Below, one piece after another: positions 20,996-30,399 of a stretch of 64,000 nt of DNA; the stretch's first letter is position 1, and the number at the start of each line of letters is the position of its first letter. The position numbers were made by a program, and so were the translations under genes. The notes beneath the pieces are model-generated. The model did not search any database, was not told where the DNA came from, and saw only the letters and a list, made by a program, of their open reading frames with translations. The stretch covers positions 2,752,001 through 2,816,000 of the forward strand of contig OZ240219.1 of the NCBI GenBank assembly GCA_965197645.1, given 5' to 3'. The stretch comes from Dehalococcoidia bacterium (GTDB taxonomy: Bacteria; Chloroflexota; Dehalococcoidia; Plut-88900).

Positions 20996-21754
20996 ATAGA
21001 CACCGAATACCTCAACCGTATATTGACCCGGGTCCGGGACGGAGCGCTAAGCCCGGAACAGGCGATGGAAGAGCTGAAGTTCCTGCCCTACCAGGACCTG
21101 GGATACGCCAAGATCGACCACCATCGTTCCCTCCGAACGGGAGTCCCCGAGGTGGTGTTGGGAGAGGGCAAGACTCCCGCCCAGGTCGCGGAAATCGCCA
21201 GAGAGCTGGCCGCTCGTGTGGACGTCCTGATGGTCACCCGGGCCACACCGGAGACTTTCGAAGCGGTCCGCGAGCAGGTCCCGGAAGCCGTCTATCGGTC
21301 CGACGCTCGGGCGGTAGTCATGGACAGGCGGAATCCCAGTAAGCCGCTGGTAAAGGGCGTTACCATCGTCAGTGGGGGCACCTCCGACATGCCCGTGGCG
21401 CAGGAGGCCGCCGTGACCGCCGAGCTCATCGGCAGCGAGGTGGAAAGGATCTACGACGTTGGGGTTGCGGGACTGCACCGGCTGTTGGACCAGGTGGAGA
21501 AACTGCAGCAGGCCCGGGTTATCATCGCCGTGGCGGGGATGGAGGGAGCGTTGCCGGGGGTGGTAGCGGGGCTGGTGTCGGCGCCGGTGATTGCACTGCC
21601 GACCAGTATAGGCTACGGAGCGGGCCTCGGCGGCGTAGGAGCGCTCATGACGATGCTGAACGCCTGCGCCCCGGGAATCGCAGTGGTGAACATCGATAAC
21701 GGATTCGGGGCCGGCTACCTAGCATCGATCATAAATCAGGACCGGAAGCGTTAG
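20996..21754 (+). CDS. larB: Nickel pincer cofactor biosynthesis protein LarB (start uncertain)
   Basis: DHHRSLRTGVPEVV, GTSD.PVA.EA, DVGVAGLHRL, VAGMEGAL, VVNIDNGFGAG. Confidence 0.9.
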   Translation: MDTEYLNRILTRVRDGALSPEQAMEELKFLPYQDLGYAKIDHHRSLRTGVPEVVLGEGKTPAQVAEIARELAARVDVLMVTRATPETFEAVREQVPEAVYRSDARAVVMDRRNPSKPLVKGVTIVSGGTSDMPVAQEAAVTAELIGSEVERIYDVGVAGLHRLLDQVEKLQQARVIIAVAGMEGALPGVVAGLVSAPVIALPTSIGYGAGLGGVGALMTMLNACAPGIAVVNIDNGFGAGYLASIINQDRKR

Positions 21755-21856
21755 GAGAGAATGGGTAGGGCTGGCCGCGATAAGAAGGAACGGGCCTCTC
21801 CCGTGCGAAGAAAGCCTTGAGGACAGACTCACGTGGCGGTCGGCCGCATCCGATCC

Positions 21857-22084
21857 TTAGCTGCTCTTCCGGACCTCGAGGACCTCGCCGGGCGCCACGG
21901 CCACTCTACGTACGCTGACTCCGAACTTCAGGAGCCAGTACCAGAGAGTACCCTTGTTGACTCCCAGCTCCTCGGACATCGACGGAAGGCCCATGCGGTT
22001 GTACATCTCCGGCAGGAGCTCCTCCAAGGGCCTATTGTAGCGCTCCTCCACGCTACGCATAAGCTTGCTCTTCCGAGTACTCAT
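21857..22084 (-). CDS. Small putative helix-turn-helix DNA-binding protein
   Basis: MSEELGVNKGTLWYWL HTH-like pattern; GGAGG RBS. Confidence 0.7.
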   Translation of the reverse strand: MSTRKSKLMRSVEERYNRPLEELLPEMYNRMGLPSMSEELGVNKGTLWYWLLKFGVSVRRVAVAPGEVLEVRKSS

Positions 22085-22396
22085 ACTCTCCACCTCCCTA
22101 GGTTAGGAATCATCCTAACACTGCTTCCGAACCTCGTCAAGAGTACATGCGAAACATGTCTAATACCTTACCTAAACCATTTTAGGATTGGTTTTAGACC
22201 AGTTTAGGACCGGCTCTGGTGGTCCGTCCTTGACGCTGTTTTTCCCCCTTTGCTAGACTGGCCTACAGGTAGACCAACGTAGAGGAGTTGCAGGCGAAAC
22301 AGGCGTGGATTAGCTACCACTCTTGCCTTACGATACAGTTTCTCCATTCATTATGTCGAGTGAAAGCCCGGTAACCCCTGCCCTACCGAGGCTACC

Positions 22397-22942
22397 ATGT
22401 CCCCCATCGATCTCATAACGAAAATCAAGGAAGGCCCGATGTTTCTTAAAGGCAAGAACAGCCCGATAACCGTGACGCGACAGAACCACGCCCTGGAGCA
22501 CGCCACCATAGCCCTGATGCTGCAGAAGCTGGGGATCAACACGAGGATAGCGGGACGGGCTACCCACGGCTCCTTCTACCTTTACGGAAGCTTTCCCACC
22601 CAGCTGGTAACCGAGGCGGCCCATCAGGCCCTCGCCCGGCTGCAGCGGGGTGAAGCCGGTCTGGCCGTGTCGCCCTTTTGCGGTACCAACCTGGCCGTAG
22701 CCGGTGTCCTGGCGGGAATCGCCTCCCTCGTCGCAGTGGGAGGGAAGAATCGAGTGCTGAATCTGCCCAGGGTACTCATCGCGGCCCTCGGCGCCGTTAT
22801 CGCTGCTCAACCCCTGGGCCGGCTGGTGCAGAAACGGCTCACCACCGAGGCGGACCTGGACAATCTGCAGATACAACGGATTACCAAGCACGGGTTCGGC
22901 GGCGCTTCATACCACAAGGTGGAGACTTCGATCAGTCCTTAA
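22397..22942 (+). CDS. DUF6391-like membrane protein
   Basis: RQNHALEHATI and LAVSPFCGTN motifs, C-terminal TMs. Confidence 0.7.
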   Translation: MSPIDLITKIKEGPMFLKGKNSPITVTRQNHALEHATIALMLQKLGINTRIAGRATHGSFYLYGSFPTQLVTEAAHQALARLQRGEAGLAVSPFCGTNLAVAGVLAGIASLVAVGGKNRVLNLPRVLIAALGAVIAAQPLGRLVQKRLTTEADLDNLQIQRITKHGFGGASYHKVETSISP

Positions 22943-22979
22943 CATCAGCACTGGGGTTACGGTACAATCCCTTCGTGCT

Positions 22980-23055
22980 GTCCCTGTAGCTCAGTGGATA
23001 GAGCAACTGCCTTCTAAGCAGTAGGTCGTGGGTTCGAATCCCACCGGGGACGCCA
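22980..23055 (+). tRNA. tRNA-Arg (anticodon UCU)
   Basis: GTCCCTG/CGGGGAC acceptor stem, ACTGC-CTTCTAA-GCAGT anticodon arm, GGTTCGAATCC T-loop, encoded CCA. Confidence 0.97.
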
Positions 23056-23061
23056 TTTTGA

Positions 23062-23171
23062 TACGTGTGTGTGTTACAATCCGAGCAACGAGCGGAAACG
23101 GCAACCTGACAGGAGGTACGTGTGTGTGTTACAATCCGAGCAACGAGCGGAAACGGCAACCTGACAGGAGG
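23062..23171 (+). repeat. Perfect 55-bp tandem duplication (23062-23116, 23117-23171)
   Basis: TACGTGTGTGTGTTACAATCCGAGCAACGAGCGGAAACGGCAACCTGACAGGAGG twice in a row. Confidence 0.95.
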
Positions 23172-23176
23172 GTGGT

Positions 23177-23731
23177 ATGACTACAGGCTCTCTCAACAAG
23201 CTGATAGCCCTGGACCCCAGGGGCGATACCGGCCCCGCCGAGTCGATTTCCATGGCCCCCAGGCCCGACTCGCTGGACGGAAAGCGCATCGGCCTGCTCC
23301 ACGATCAGCGGCTCAACGGCGACAATCTTCTGTGGATGGTCGCCGACCTGATCAAAGAGCAGTACGAGACCGGTGAGGTCAACTTCTGGGCCAGGCCCAA
23401 CATATCGGATATCTCCCCACCGGACCTCATGGCGGAGATGGCCGAAAAGGCCGACGTCAGCCTGATAGCGATCGGGGACTGAGGGTCCTGCAGCACGTGC
23501 TGTATGCACGACGCGCTCACCCTCGAAGACATGGGCATCCCCACTGCGGTAATCATAAGCGACCAGTTCATACCGGGCGTGCAGGAGATATCCAAATCTC
23601 GCGGCGCCCCCGATTACCCCTACGTGGTGGTCAAGCACCCCATAGGCAGCCTGGACGAGGATACCCTGAAGGAACGGGCGAAAGACGCCCTGCCCCAGGT
23701 GTTGGATATCCTTCTCAACGGCAACAAGTAA
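23177..23731 (+). CDS. UGSC-motif selenoprotein (UGA 23480-23482 read as Sec)
   Basis: ORFs 23177-23482 and 23504-23731 share a frame; readthrough gives AIGD-U-GSCSTCCMHDA...GIPT. Confidence 0.85.
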
Positions 23732-23823
23732 TCGCGGACTGTGGTTCCGATGAAGCCGTGGTGGAGTCGGAGCCGCTGAATGACTACGGAATGGGAAGTG
23801 CTCCTTCAGCAAGGAGGTTGTAG

Positions 23824-24666
23824 ATGAAGCCCATAGACTACGTGTCGCTACTCGATTCCTACTACCAGAGCCAGGGGTTTCCTTCCTACAAGTGGTCGGT
23901 GTTCCGGACCACGACCTGGGCGCCGTTTGAGAAGCCGCTGAGCCAGGCCAAGGTGGCGCTGCTCTGCTCTTCGGGGATGTCACGCAGGGACCAGGAACCC
24001 TTCGACCGCCAGGCCAGAAGCGAGCTGAGCTACCGCGAGATCCACAAGGACACTCCCTCCGAAGACCTGGTCATAAACTACGACTACTACGACCACAGTG
24101 ACGCCGACCGGGACCCGAACGTCCTACTCCCTCTGGACAGATTTCGAGAGCTGGAGCAGGAGGGGCACATAGGAGAACTGGCGGAAATTAACTACGGACT
24201 CGGCATGGGGAGAATGTACAAGCGTACCGCTCTCCAGACCCAACTGGCCGCCGAGATTGCCAGAAAGGTCAAGCAGGCCAAGGTCGACGTCCTATTCTGT
24301 GTACCTGCCTGACCGCTCGACCACCAGTCCGTTGGACTGCTGGCGAGAGTAGTTGAAGAGGTGGGCGTGAGCACGGTTTACGTAGGATCGGTCAGGGACA
24401 TGATGGCACAGGTGAAACCGCCCCGTCCGGTGTTCGTCAACTTCCCCCTGGGGCACCAGTGTGGCAAGCCCTTCGATAGAGATCTCCAGATGGGCATCAT
24501 CAAGGATGCTCTCGGCACGCTGACCACGCTCGACGAGCCGGGCCGGATGACGGACCTGCCCTACGAGTGGGGCGAGGAGTTCACCTACGAGATGGGCGGA
24601 GGCGAGCTGCCTGCCGATCAGCAACCACCGGGTCGAGAAAAGGCCGCTCAGGGCGTACCCGGCTAA
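23824..24666 (+). CDS. Glycine/betaine/sarcosine/D-proline reductase selenoprotein B-like protein (UGA 24310-24312 = Sec)
   Basis: In-frame readthrough gives VPA-U-PLDHQSVGLLARVVEEVGVSTV...KPPRPVFVNFPLGHQCG; hairpin after UGA. Confidence 0.85.
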
Positions 24667-24955
24667 CTCTTCCCGGCCTGAACCGACGAGTAGTTCGTAA
24701 GCCCCAAGGGTGCCACCTGTGCCCACTAGTCGGAGAATGACCGCTCAGTGTTGCGTTAACATCCAGGGGTCCTTCTGGGACTCTTCATCAGCATCGCTAT
24801 CGCCCAGAGCGAGAATCTCAAGGTGCTGTGCTGGCCGTGTCGGAGAAACGTCCGGCCGGGTTCAGAGTCTGGTAAGATGGTGTTTTCAACACCATCCTCA
24901 CAGCCGTTGACAGACCTCATCGGTACGGCCCCATAATGGGGTGCTAGGAGCGAAC

Positions 24956-26041
24956 ATGGCAGATGCAAACTCTCCGTCCAACGCCTTCGAGCTACCGGAC
25001 ACTATCCAGGCTATTGAGTTCTACTACGAACAGGGCCTCACCGATGGTCTGCCCGTAATCCCACCCACAGAAGAGCGGGTGCTCCAGTTCCTCGATGCGG
25101 CGGGAGTGGAGCCCACCGAAGTCCTGGGCACCAGGCCCAGCCGCAACTGGGTAATCACCGCCGACAAGGTCGCCATCAACGCCATCATGGCCGGCTGCCT
25201 CCCAGAGTATGCCCCCGTAGTGGTGGCCTCGATGAGGGCCTTGATGCGCCCCGAGTTCAACGCCTCCGCCATCTCCGAGACCGCCGGCACCTCCGCTCCG
25301 ATGATCATGGTCAACGGGCCCATCCGCCACGAGCTAGATATCAACTCCCGCTGGAATCTATTCGGGCCCGGCTGGCGCGCCAACGCCACCATCGGCCGCG
25401 CCCTCCGGCTGGTCCTCATCAATGTCTGCAACCAGGTGCCAGGTATCAGGGACAAGTCCACCTTTGGTCATCCGGGGCGGTACACCTCCTGTATCGCCGA
25501 GAACGAGGAGGCCAGCCCATGGCCTCCTCACCACGTCGACAACGGGTACTCCATCGATTCCAATACCGTCAGCCTGTTCCCCGTGTTTCCTCCCATGGAG
25601 ATATACAACCAATCGGACCACCAGCCCGAGCAGGTATTGGAGAGCTTGTGCCACATCATGGCCGCCGATGCCAACTGTGAGGGCGAAGTGCTGCTCATTC
25701 TCAGTCCCCAGCACGCCAAGACCATAGCCGCCACAGGGTGGAGCAAAGACCAGGTGCGGGACTACATGGTAGGCAGGATCGCCGAACTGTATCCCAAACT
25801 GTCCTTGCAGCCCATGCAGAGCGACCCCGGCGCAGACGCCCCGGATCCTGCGGCGGCGGAGGAGCCGGCCCAAGAAGGCGAGAGACCCTGGGCCAACGTC
25901 GGCTACTTGGGCCCCATCCAGTCCGAGGGTATCACCATTCTGGTAGCCGGCGGCGAAGGCGGCGGCCACTCGTCCATACTGCCCAGCTGGGGCTTTGCCA
26001 ACGCCGACGCCCGTTGGGTCATCGAGCCTGTTGTGGTTTGA
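24956..26041 (+). CDS. Conserved protein of the TDGLP family, typically associated with UGSC selenoproteins
   Basis: TDGLPVIPPTEERV, KVAINAIMAGC.PEY, RANATIGRALRL; AGGAG RBS before ATG 24956. Confidence 0.75.
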   Translation: MADANSPSNAFELPDTIQAIEFYYEQGLTDGLPVIPPTEERVLQFLDAAGVEPTEVLGTRPSRNWVITADKVAINAIMAGCLPEYAPVVVASMRALMRPEFNASAISETAGTSAPMIMVNGPIRHELDINSRWNLFGPGWRANATIGRALRLVLINVCNQVPGIRDKSTFGHPGRYTSCIAENEEASPWPPHHVDNGYSIDSNTVSLFPVFPPMEIYNQSDHQPEQVLESLCHIMAADANCEGEVLLILSPQHAKTIAATGWSKDQVRDYMVGRIAELYPKLSLQPMQSDPGADAPDPAAAEEPAQEGERPWANVGYLGPIQSEGITILVAGGEGGGHSSILPSWGFANADARWVIEPVVV

Positions 26042-26044
26042 GCT

Positions 26045-26476
26045 TTGGATTGTCGAACGGTCGTCTATCTACTGTCCTGCGTAGGGCAGAAACAGCCGGC
26101 TCCCGCGCCCGCTAGAGACCTGTACACCTCTCCCTGGTTCCACAAGGCCAGCACTTATGCGGATAGAACGGGTAAGCCTTGGTTCATACTATCCGCCAAG
26201 TATGGCCTAGTTCACCCCGATGAGACGATCGCACCTTACGACCTCACCCTGAACACCATGGCGGTGTCGGGCCGTCGCCAATGGACGAGTAGAGTACTCA
26301 CGCAGTTGGAGCCGCATCTGGACGGCATCGAGTCCGTCGTGTTCCTGGCCGGCCAACGCTACCGCGAGTTCCTGGAGCCATCATTGCAAGATCGTGGTCT
26401 GGTCGTTTCCGTTCCGATGGAGGGCTTAAGAATCGGCGAGCAGCTGAGGTGGTTGACCGAGGAGCTTCATGGCTGA
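26045..26476 (+). CDS. DUF6884-like protein
   Basis: LLSCVGQK...ARDLYTS.WF...WFILSAKYGLV.P...IAPYD.TL...LAG..Y...GL.IGEQL.WL. Confidence 0.75.
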   Translation: MDCRTVVYLLSCVGQKQPAPAPARDLYTSPWFHKASTYADRTGKPWFILSAKYGLVHPDETIAPYDLTLNTMAVSGRRQWTSRVLTQLEPHLDGIESVVFLAGQRYREFLEPSLQDRGLVVSVPMEGLRIGEQLRWLTEELHG

Positions 26477-26603
26477 CCGGCTCAGCGACACGGTCCGCTT
26501 CTATGAGCTTCTCGACCTTCTTGCAAATCGGGCTGGCGGCCCCAGGCTCTTACGAAGTTGCCCCGGTAACTTGCGTCGGCCTCAACAAGGAGAAACCAGA
26601 TGA
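26469..26603 (+). pseudogene. Truncated N-terminus of a probable GIY-YIG-like nuclease partner of DUF6884
   Basis: 44-aa frame MADRLSDTVRFYELLDLLANRAGGPRLLRSCPG... overlapping the DUF6884 stop and cut off at the LLM gene. Confidence 0.45.
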
Positions 26604-27454
26604 ATGTAGGGATGTTCGTGTTTACCACTGATACTTCGCTCGATGTAGCCCAACTTGCCCGGCGGGCCGAGGAGCTGGGATTCGACTCCTTTTGGGTGCC
26701 TGAGCACCCCGCCTTGCCCGCAAAGACCAACACATGGTTTCCCGGATCGTCCGACGGCGCAATCCCAGAGGCCTACTACAGGATGTTAGACCCCCTAGTA
26801 GCCCTGGGTCGAGCGTCGGCGGTTACGGAGCGGATCAAGCTGGGCACGTGCGTCTGCCTCGTGCCGGAACACGAGCCTATATTGCTGGCCAAGCAAATTG
26901 CAACGTTGGACCATCTCTCGGGCGGCCGGTTCATATTCGGTATCGGAGCCGGCTGGCTAAAGGAAGAAACTGAAGTGTTGGGGGGAGATTTCGAGCACCG
27001 CTGGACCCAAACTCGTGAGTACGTTCTGGCAATGAAGGAGCTTTGGACGAAGGAAGAGGCCGAGTATCACGGAAAGTACGTGGACTTCCCTCCCCTTATT
27101 TCCGTTCCAAAGCCGGTCCAGAAACCCCATCCCCCGGTGTATCTGGGCAGCGAAGCGCCCAATGTCTTCAAGAGGACCGTAGCTTGGGGTGACGGATGGA
27201 TGCCAACCGAGGTCAGTCCCGAAGTCGTAAGGAGTGGCCGGGCTGAACTGGATGAGCTCGCCGCCCAAACCGGCCGCGACCCCAACTCTATCAATATCTC
27301 CGTTCTGGACGGAGATATGCAGATCACCGACAGGGAAGCGTTGGCCGCTTTCGAGGAGGCCGGCGCCGACCGGGTGGTGTTTTGGCTGGAGCCGACCGAG
27401 GGGCCTGAGTCCATAGCGAAGATGGAGGCCATCGCCAGCTGGGCCCTCCCCTAG
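26600..27454 (+). CDS. LLM class F420-dependent oxidoreductase
   Basis: AEELGFDSFWVPEH, ATLDHLSGGRFIFGIGAGW, PKPVQKPHPP. Confidence 0.9.
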   Translation: MNVGMFVFTTDTSLDVAQLARRAEELGFDSFWVPEHPALPAKTNTWFPGSSDGAIPEAYYRMLDPLVALGRASAVTERIKLGTCVCLVPEHEPILLAKQIATLDHLSGGRFIFGIGAGWLKEETEVLGGDFEHRWTQTREYVLAMKELWTKEEAEYHGKYVDFPPLISVPKPVQKPHPPVYLGSEAPNVFKRTVAWGDGWMPTEVSPEVVRSGRAELDELAAQTGRDPNSINISVLDGDMQITDREALAAFEEAGADRVVFWLEPTEGPESIAKMEAIASWALP

Positions 27455-28593
27455 GGAACCCCGGCCCCCGCTGATGAATTGCCTGGTGTTGTCGTCGAAG
27501 GCGGCTCAGGCCCAGGGTCAACAGATTCAGCTGTGAGTTGGAAACACGTCCGGCCGATTCCATGGTCCCAAGCCGTATCCGAAAATGCGCGATCTGCTTC
27601 CCTGGATTTGTCGGTATCCGTGGAGAACACCGCGCATAGCTCATAATCCGCGTCACCCAACGCATTGTATTCGTACCGGTCGTTCGACTCCGGATCGTTT
27701 ACCGACCTGATGGAGAATCCGGACCCTGACATGTCGTCAACGCTCCCGGGCAATGTCTCGTTGATAGTCCAATAGATGTTCACGTTTCCGGCAATGTTAG
27801 TCAGATTGGAAACTCTCTCTCGATCAAGCCTAACGTTCCGTTGCCCCTCTGGCGTGCCTAGTAGGAACATCGAATATCCCAGCACCGCCACGACTATTAC
27901 TACCGCTACCACTACTGCACCCAATGGTGCTTTCCGAGCTGATTTCGCGTTACTGTTAGCATCCGCAACCGAGGTCTCGGTACGCTTCATATCCCACATG
28001 TAGAACCCGAATATCCATGTAGTTATCAGGAAGATTACTCCACCTTTCAAAAAGAATCGGAGGGTTGGATCGCCCGTTAGCAGATTGGCCAGCAACGCAA
28101 TGACGTCCCCAAGGATGATGCCCGCCCCAATTACAAGCGTGAGGTAGGTCAGCCACCGTCGCACCAGGGACAACCGCTTGTCAGGGTCCCCCGCCACCCC
28201 TGTGCTCAGCCGTTTCATCAGGAACAGGTACAGCGGGAAGGCAACGATGACCGAGGCTATAGAGGTTGCCTCTCCACCTGATGGAAACCGGTCTCGATAA
28301 TCGAGGGCATCGGGGAATGTGTGGTCGATGAGACCAAACACCAGGTAGCCGAAGCTCGAGGCAGAGACGTACAGGGCAATGAACGAGATCAGATAGAGGA
28401 AGGCTTCGCGAGCATGAACGTACGGAGTCGGCCGAGGCACCGCCAACGGGTAGTCTACGTCGGCGAAGGCCGATAACCCCTTTCTGACCTCATCATCCTG
28501 CCACCCCGCTTGGGCCAATACCTCTCGTATGGCGTCCTTAGACTGTCCTCGCTCCAGCGATTCTTTGATGAATGAGCGAAGTTCGTTGTTCAT
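27451..28593 (-). CDS. DUF5671-like integral membrane protein
   Basis: AREAFLYLISF, VRRWLTYLTL, C-terminal YELCAVF domain. Confidence 0.7.
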   Translation of the reverse strand: MNNELRSFIKESLERGQSKDAIREVLAQAGWQDDEVRKGLSAFADVDYPLAVPRPTPYVHAREAFLYLISFIALYVSASSFGYLVFGLIDHTFPDALDYRDRFPSGGEATSIASVIVAFPLYLFLMKRLSTGVAGDPDKRLSLVRRWLTYLTLVIGAGIILGDVIALLANLLTGDPTLRFFLKGGVIFLITTWIFGFYMWDMKRTETSVADANSNAKSARKAPLGAVVVAVVIVVAVLGYSMFLLGTPEGQRNVRLDRERVSNLTNIAGNVNIYWTINETLPGSVDDMSGSGFSIRSVNDPESNDRYEYNALGDADYELCAVFSTDTDKSREADRAFSDTAWDHGIGRTCFQLTAESVDPGPEPPSTTTPGNSSAGAGVP

Positions 28594-28782
28594 TTCTCTA
28601 ACCCCGACGGCCAGTTGGCCGCGAACTCGCAGAATATTGCCTCATCAGATCACATTCCTCTCTCAGGGCTGTTGCTATTTCTCGAGATTGCCACTGGGCG
28701 GGGCCGTTCGGCCTTCGGCTGAATTGATTGAGGTTATCCCTTTCCCCATCCGCGCGTCCGGGGGTACCCACCCCAGACAACA

Positions 28783-29535
28783 TCACCGCGCTGTGTATCC
28801 ACCGTCGATCATCAGCTCGCTGCCGGTCACGTACGACGACTCGTCCGATGCCAGGAAAAGGGCCCCGTAGGCTATCTCTTCCGGTGCGGCAATCCTGCCC
28901 AATGGGATCTGGGCGAGCTCGTACGCTGCAACCTCCGGGTCGTCCATCATACCGGCTGTCATGGGGGTATCCACCGTTCCGGGATGGACCGAGTTGACCC
29001 GTATGCCTTCCTTGCCGTACTGGACGGCGGTAGACTTGGTCAGTATTCGCACCGCCCCCTTGGAGGCGTTGTACACCGGCTGGACATCGTCCTGGCCGAT
29101 GTTCCCCGAGATTGAAGAGATGTTGATGATGGAGCCTCCGCCAACCTTGCGCATCTCCGGGATGGACGCCTTGGAGCCGAGGAACGCTCCCTTGACGTTC
29201 ACTTCCATGATCTCGTCCCATTGAGAGGAGGTAGTGTCTTCCAGCACTCCCGAGGCCACGATACCGGCGTTGTTGACGAGAATGTCCAGCCTCCCGAAAC
29301 GGGCCACTGTAGCGGATATAGCTTCCCGCCAGTCCGATTCGCTGGTCACATCCAGCTTTACGAACAGGGCCTCTCCCTCCGTCTCGTTGATCTCCGCCTC
29401 CACTCGCCGGCCCTCCTCTTCCAGAACGTCGCCTATCGTCACCTTTGCCCCTTCCCTAGCGAACAATCGGGCCTCTGCGGCCCCCATGCCCCGGGCCCCT
29501 CCACTTATGAGCGCAACCTTCCCCTCGAGTCTCAT
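28783..29535 (-). CDS. Short-chain dehydrogenase/reductase
   Basis: SGGARGMG, NNAG, YNASK. Confidence 0.93.
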   Translation of the reverse strand: MRLEGKVALISGGARGMGAAEARLFAREGAKVTIGDVLEEEGRRVEAEINETEGEALFVKLDVTSESDWREAISATVARFGRLDILVNNAGIVASGVLEDTTSSQWDEIMEVNVKGAFLGSKASIPEMRKVGGGSIINISSISGNIGQDDVQPVYNASKGAVRILTKSTAVQYGKEGIRVNSVHPGTVDTPMTAGMMDDPEVAAYELAQIPLGRIAAPEEIAYGALFLASDESSYVTGSELMIDGGYTAR

Positions 29536-29695
29536 CGTGTCCCTCCAGACTGTCATCTTCAATATAGCACCGTTATTCTAACCGGCCCTCATTGATGGCG
29601 TTCGGAAAGTAGGATACACCAAATTCGGTTTGTGCCATCTCCAACCCGGATATACAATCTGCATAATATTGAAAAAGGAGGGTCGCCAGATCGAG

Positions 29696-30061
29696 ATGTA
29701 TTGGAAAGAGAACGATTCAACGGGCATCAGGACCTACAACATCCATGAAGGAAACGGCGAGATCAGGACCCGGGGCTTCTTCACCGACGTGACCAAGCTT
29801 CCCATCAGGTTCCAGATGTGGGAGCTGGATCCGGGCGTTAGCGAGGGAAGCCACATCCACGAAGGAGAACAAACCCTGGAGGAGATCTACTATTTCCTGC
29901 AGGGAGAGGGTGTAATGTGGGTCGATGGCGAAGATGTGCAGGTGCGGGCCGGTGATGCCATGCTCGTACCACCGGGTGTGGACCACGGATTCCGCAACAC
30001 CGGCAACGAGCCCCTGAAGATAACCATCATCTGGGGAGTCCCCTCAGATACCGTCAATTGA
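29696..30061 (+). CDS. Cupin domain protein
   Basis: HIHE...EEIYYFLQGEG...VPPGVDHGFRN. Confidence 0.88.
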   Translation: MYWKENDSTGIRTYNIHEGNGEIRTRGFFTDVTKLPIRFQMWELDPGVSEGSHIHEGEQTLEEIYYFLQGEGVMWVDGEDVQVRAGDAMLVPPGVDHGFRNTGNEPLKITIIWGVPSDTVN

Positions 30062-30399
30062 TGTATACTGGTGGCCGATAGGAGGGAGTAACTACAACCT
30101 TGCGAGGGCCAAATGAGATTTTCCATTCCCTCGACCGCGCCGGTCTCTGCCGGTGTGAAAGCTCCGGTTTCTTTTGCACCACTACGTCATTTATGTCGAG
30201 CAGCGCAGACCCAATGTGGACTATAGGGGCAGTTATGTCGAGCACAGCGACCAAGATGACTCGGACTTTGCCATTGGTAGTGTCGTAGAGACAGCTCAAA
30301 TCAAGACCATCCCTGGCTCCTGAAGTTTTCTCCACTACCGGAACGGGGCCCATCGACGATCATCCAGGCTAGCAGCACCTAGTTGAAAGGGGAAAGACC

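Noticed and set aside
23062-23171. CRISPR array
   Set aside because: Two abutting identical units with no spacer and no cas genes.
23177-24666. Pseudogenes or four separate small genes
   Set aside because: The TGA codons fall exactly at redox-motif positions, frames continue cleanly and hairpins follow; Sec readthrough is the simpler reading.
30054-30353. 99-aa minus-strand ORF
   Set aside because: No recognisable motif or clear RBS; more likely intergenic or remnant sequence.
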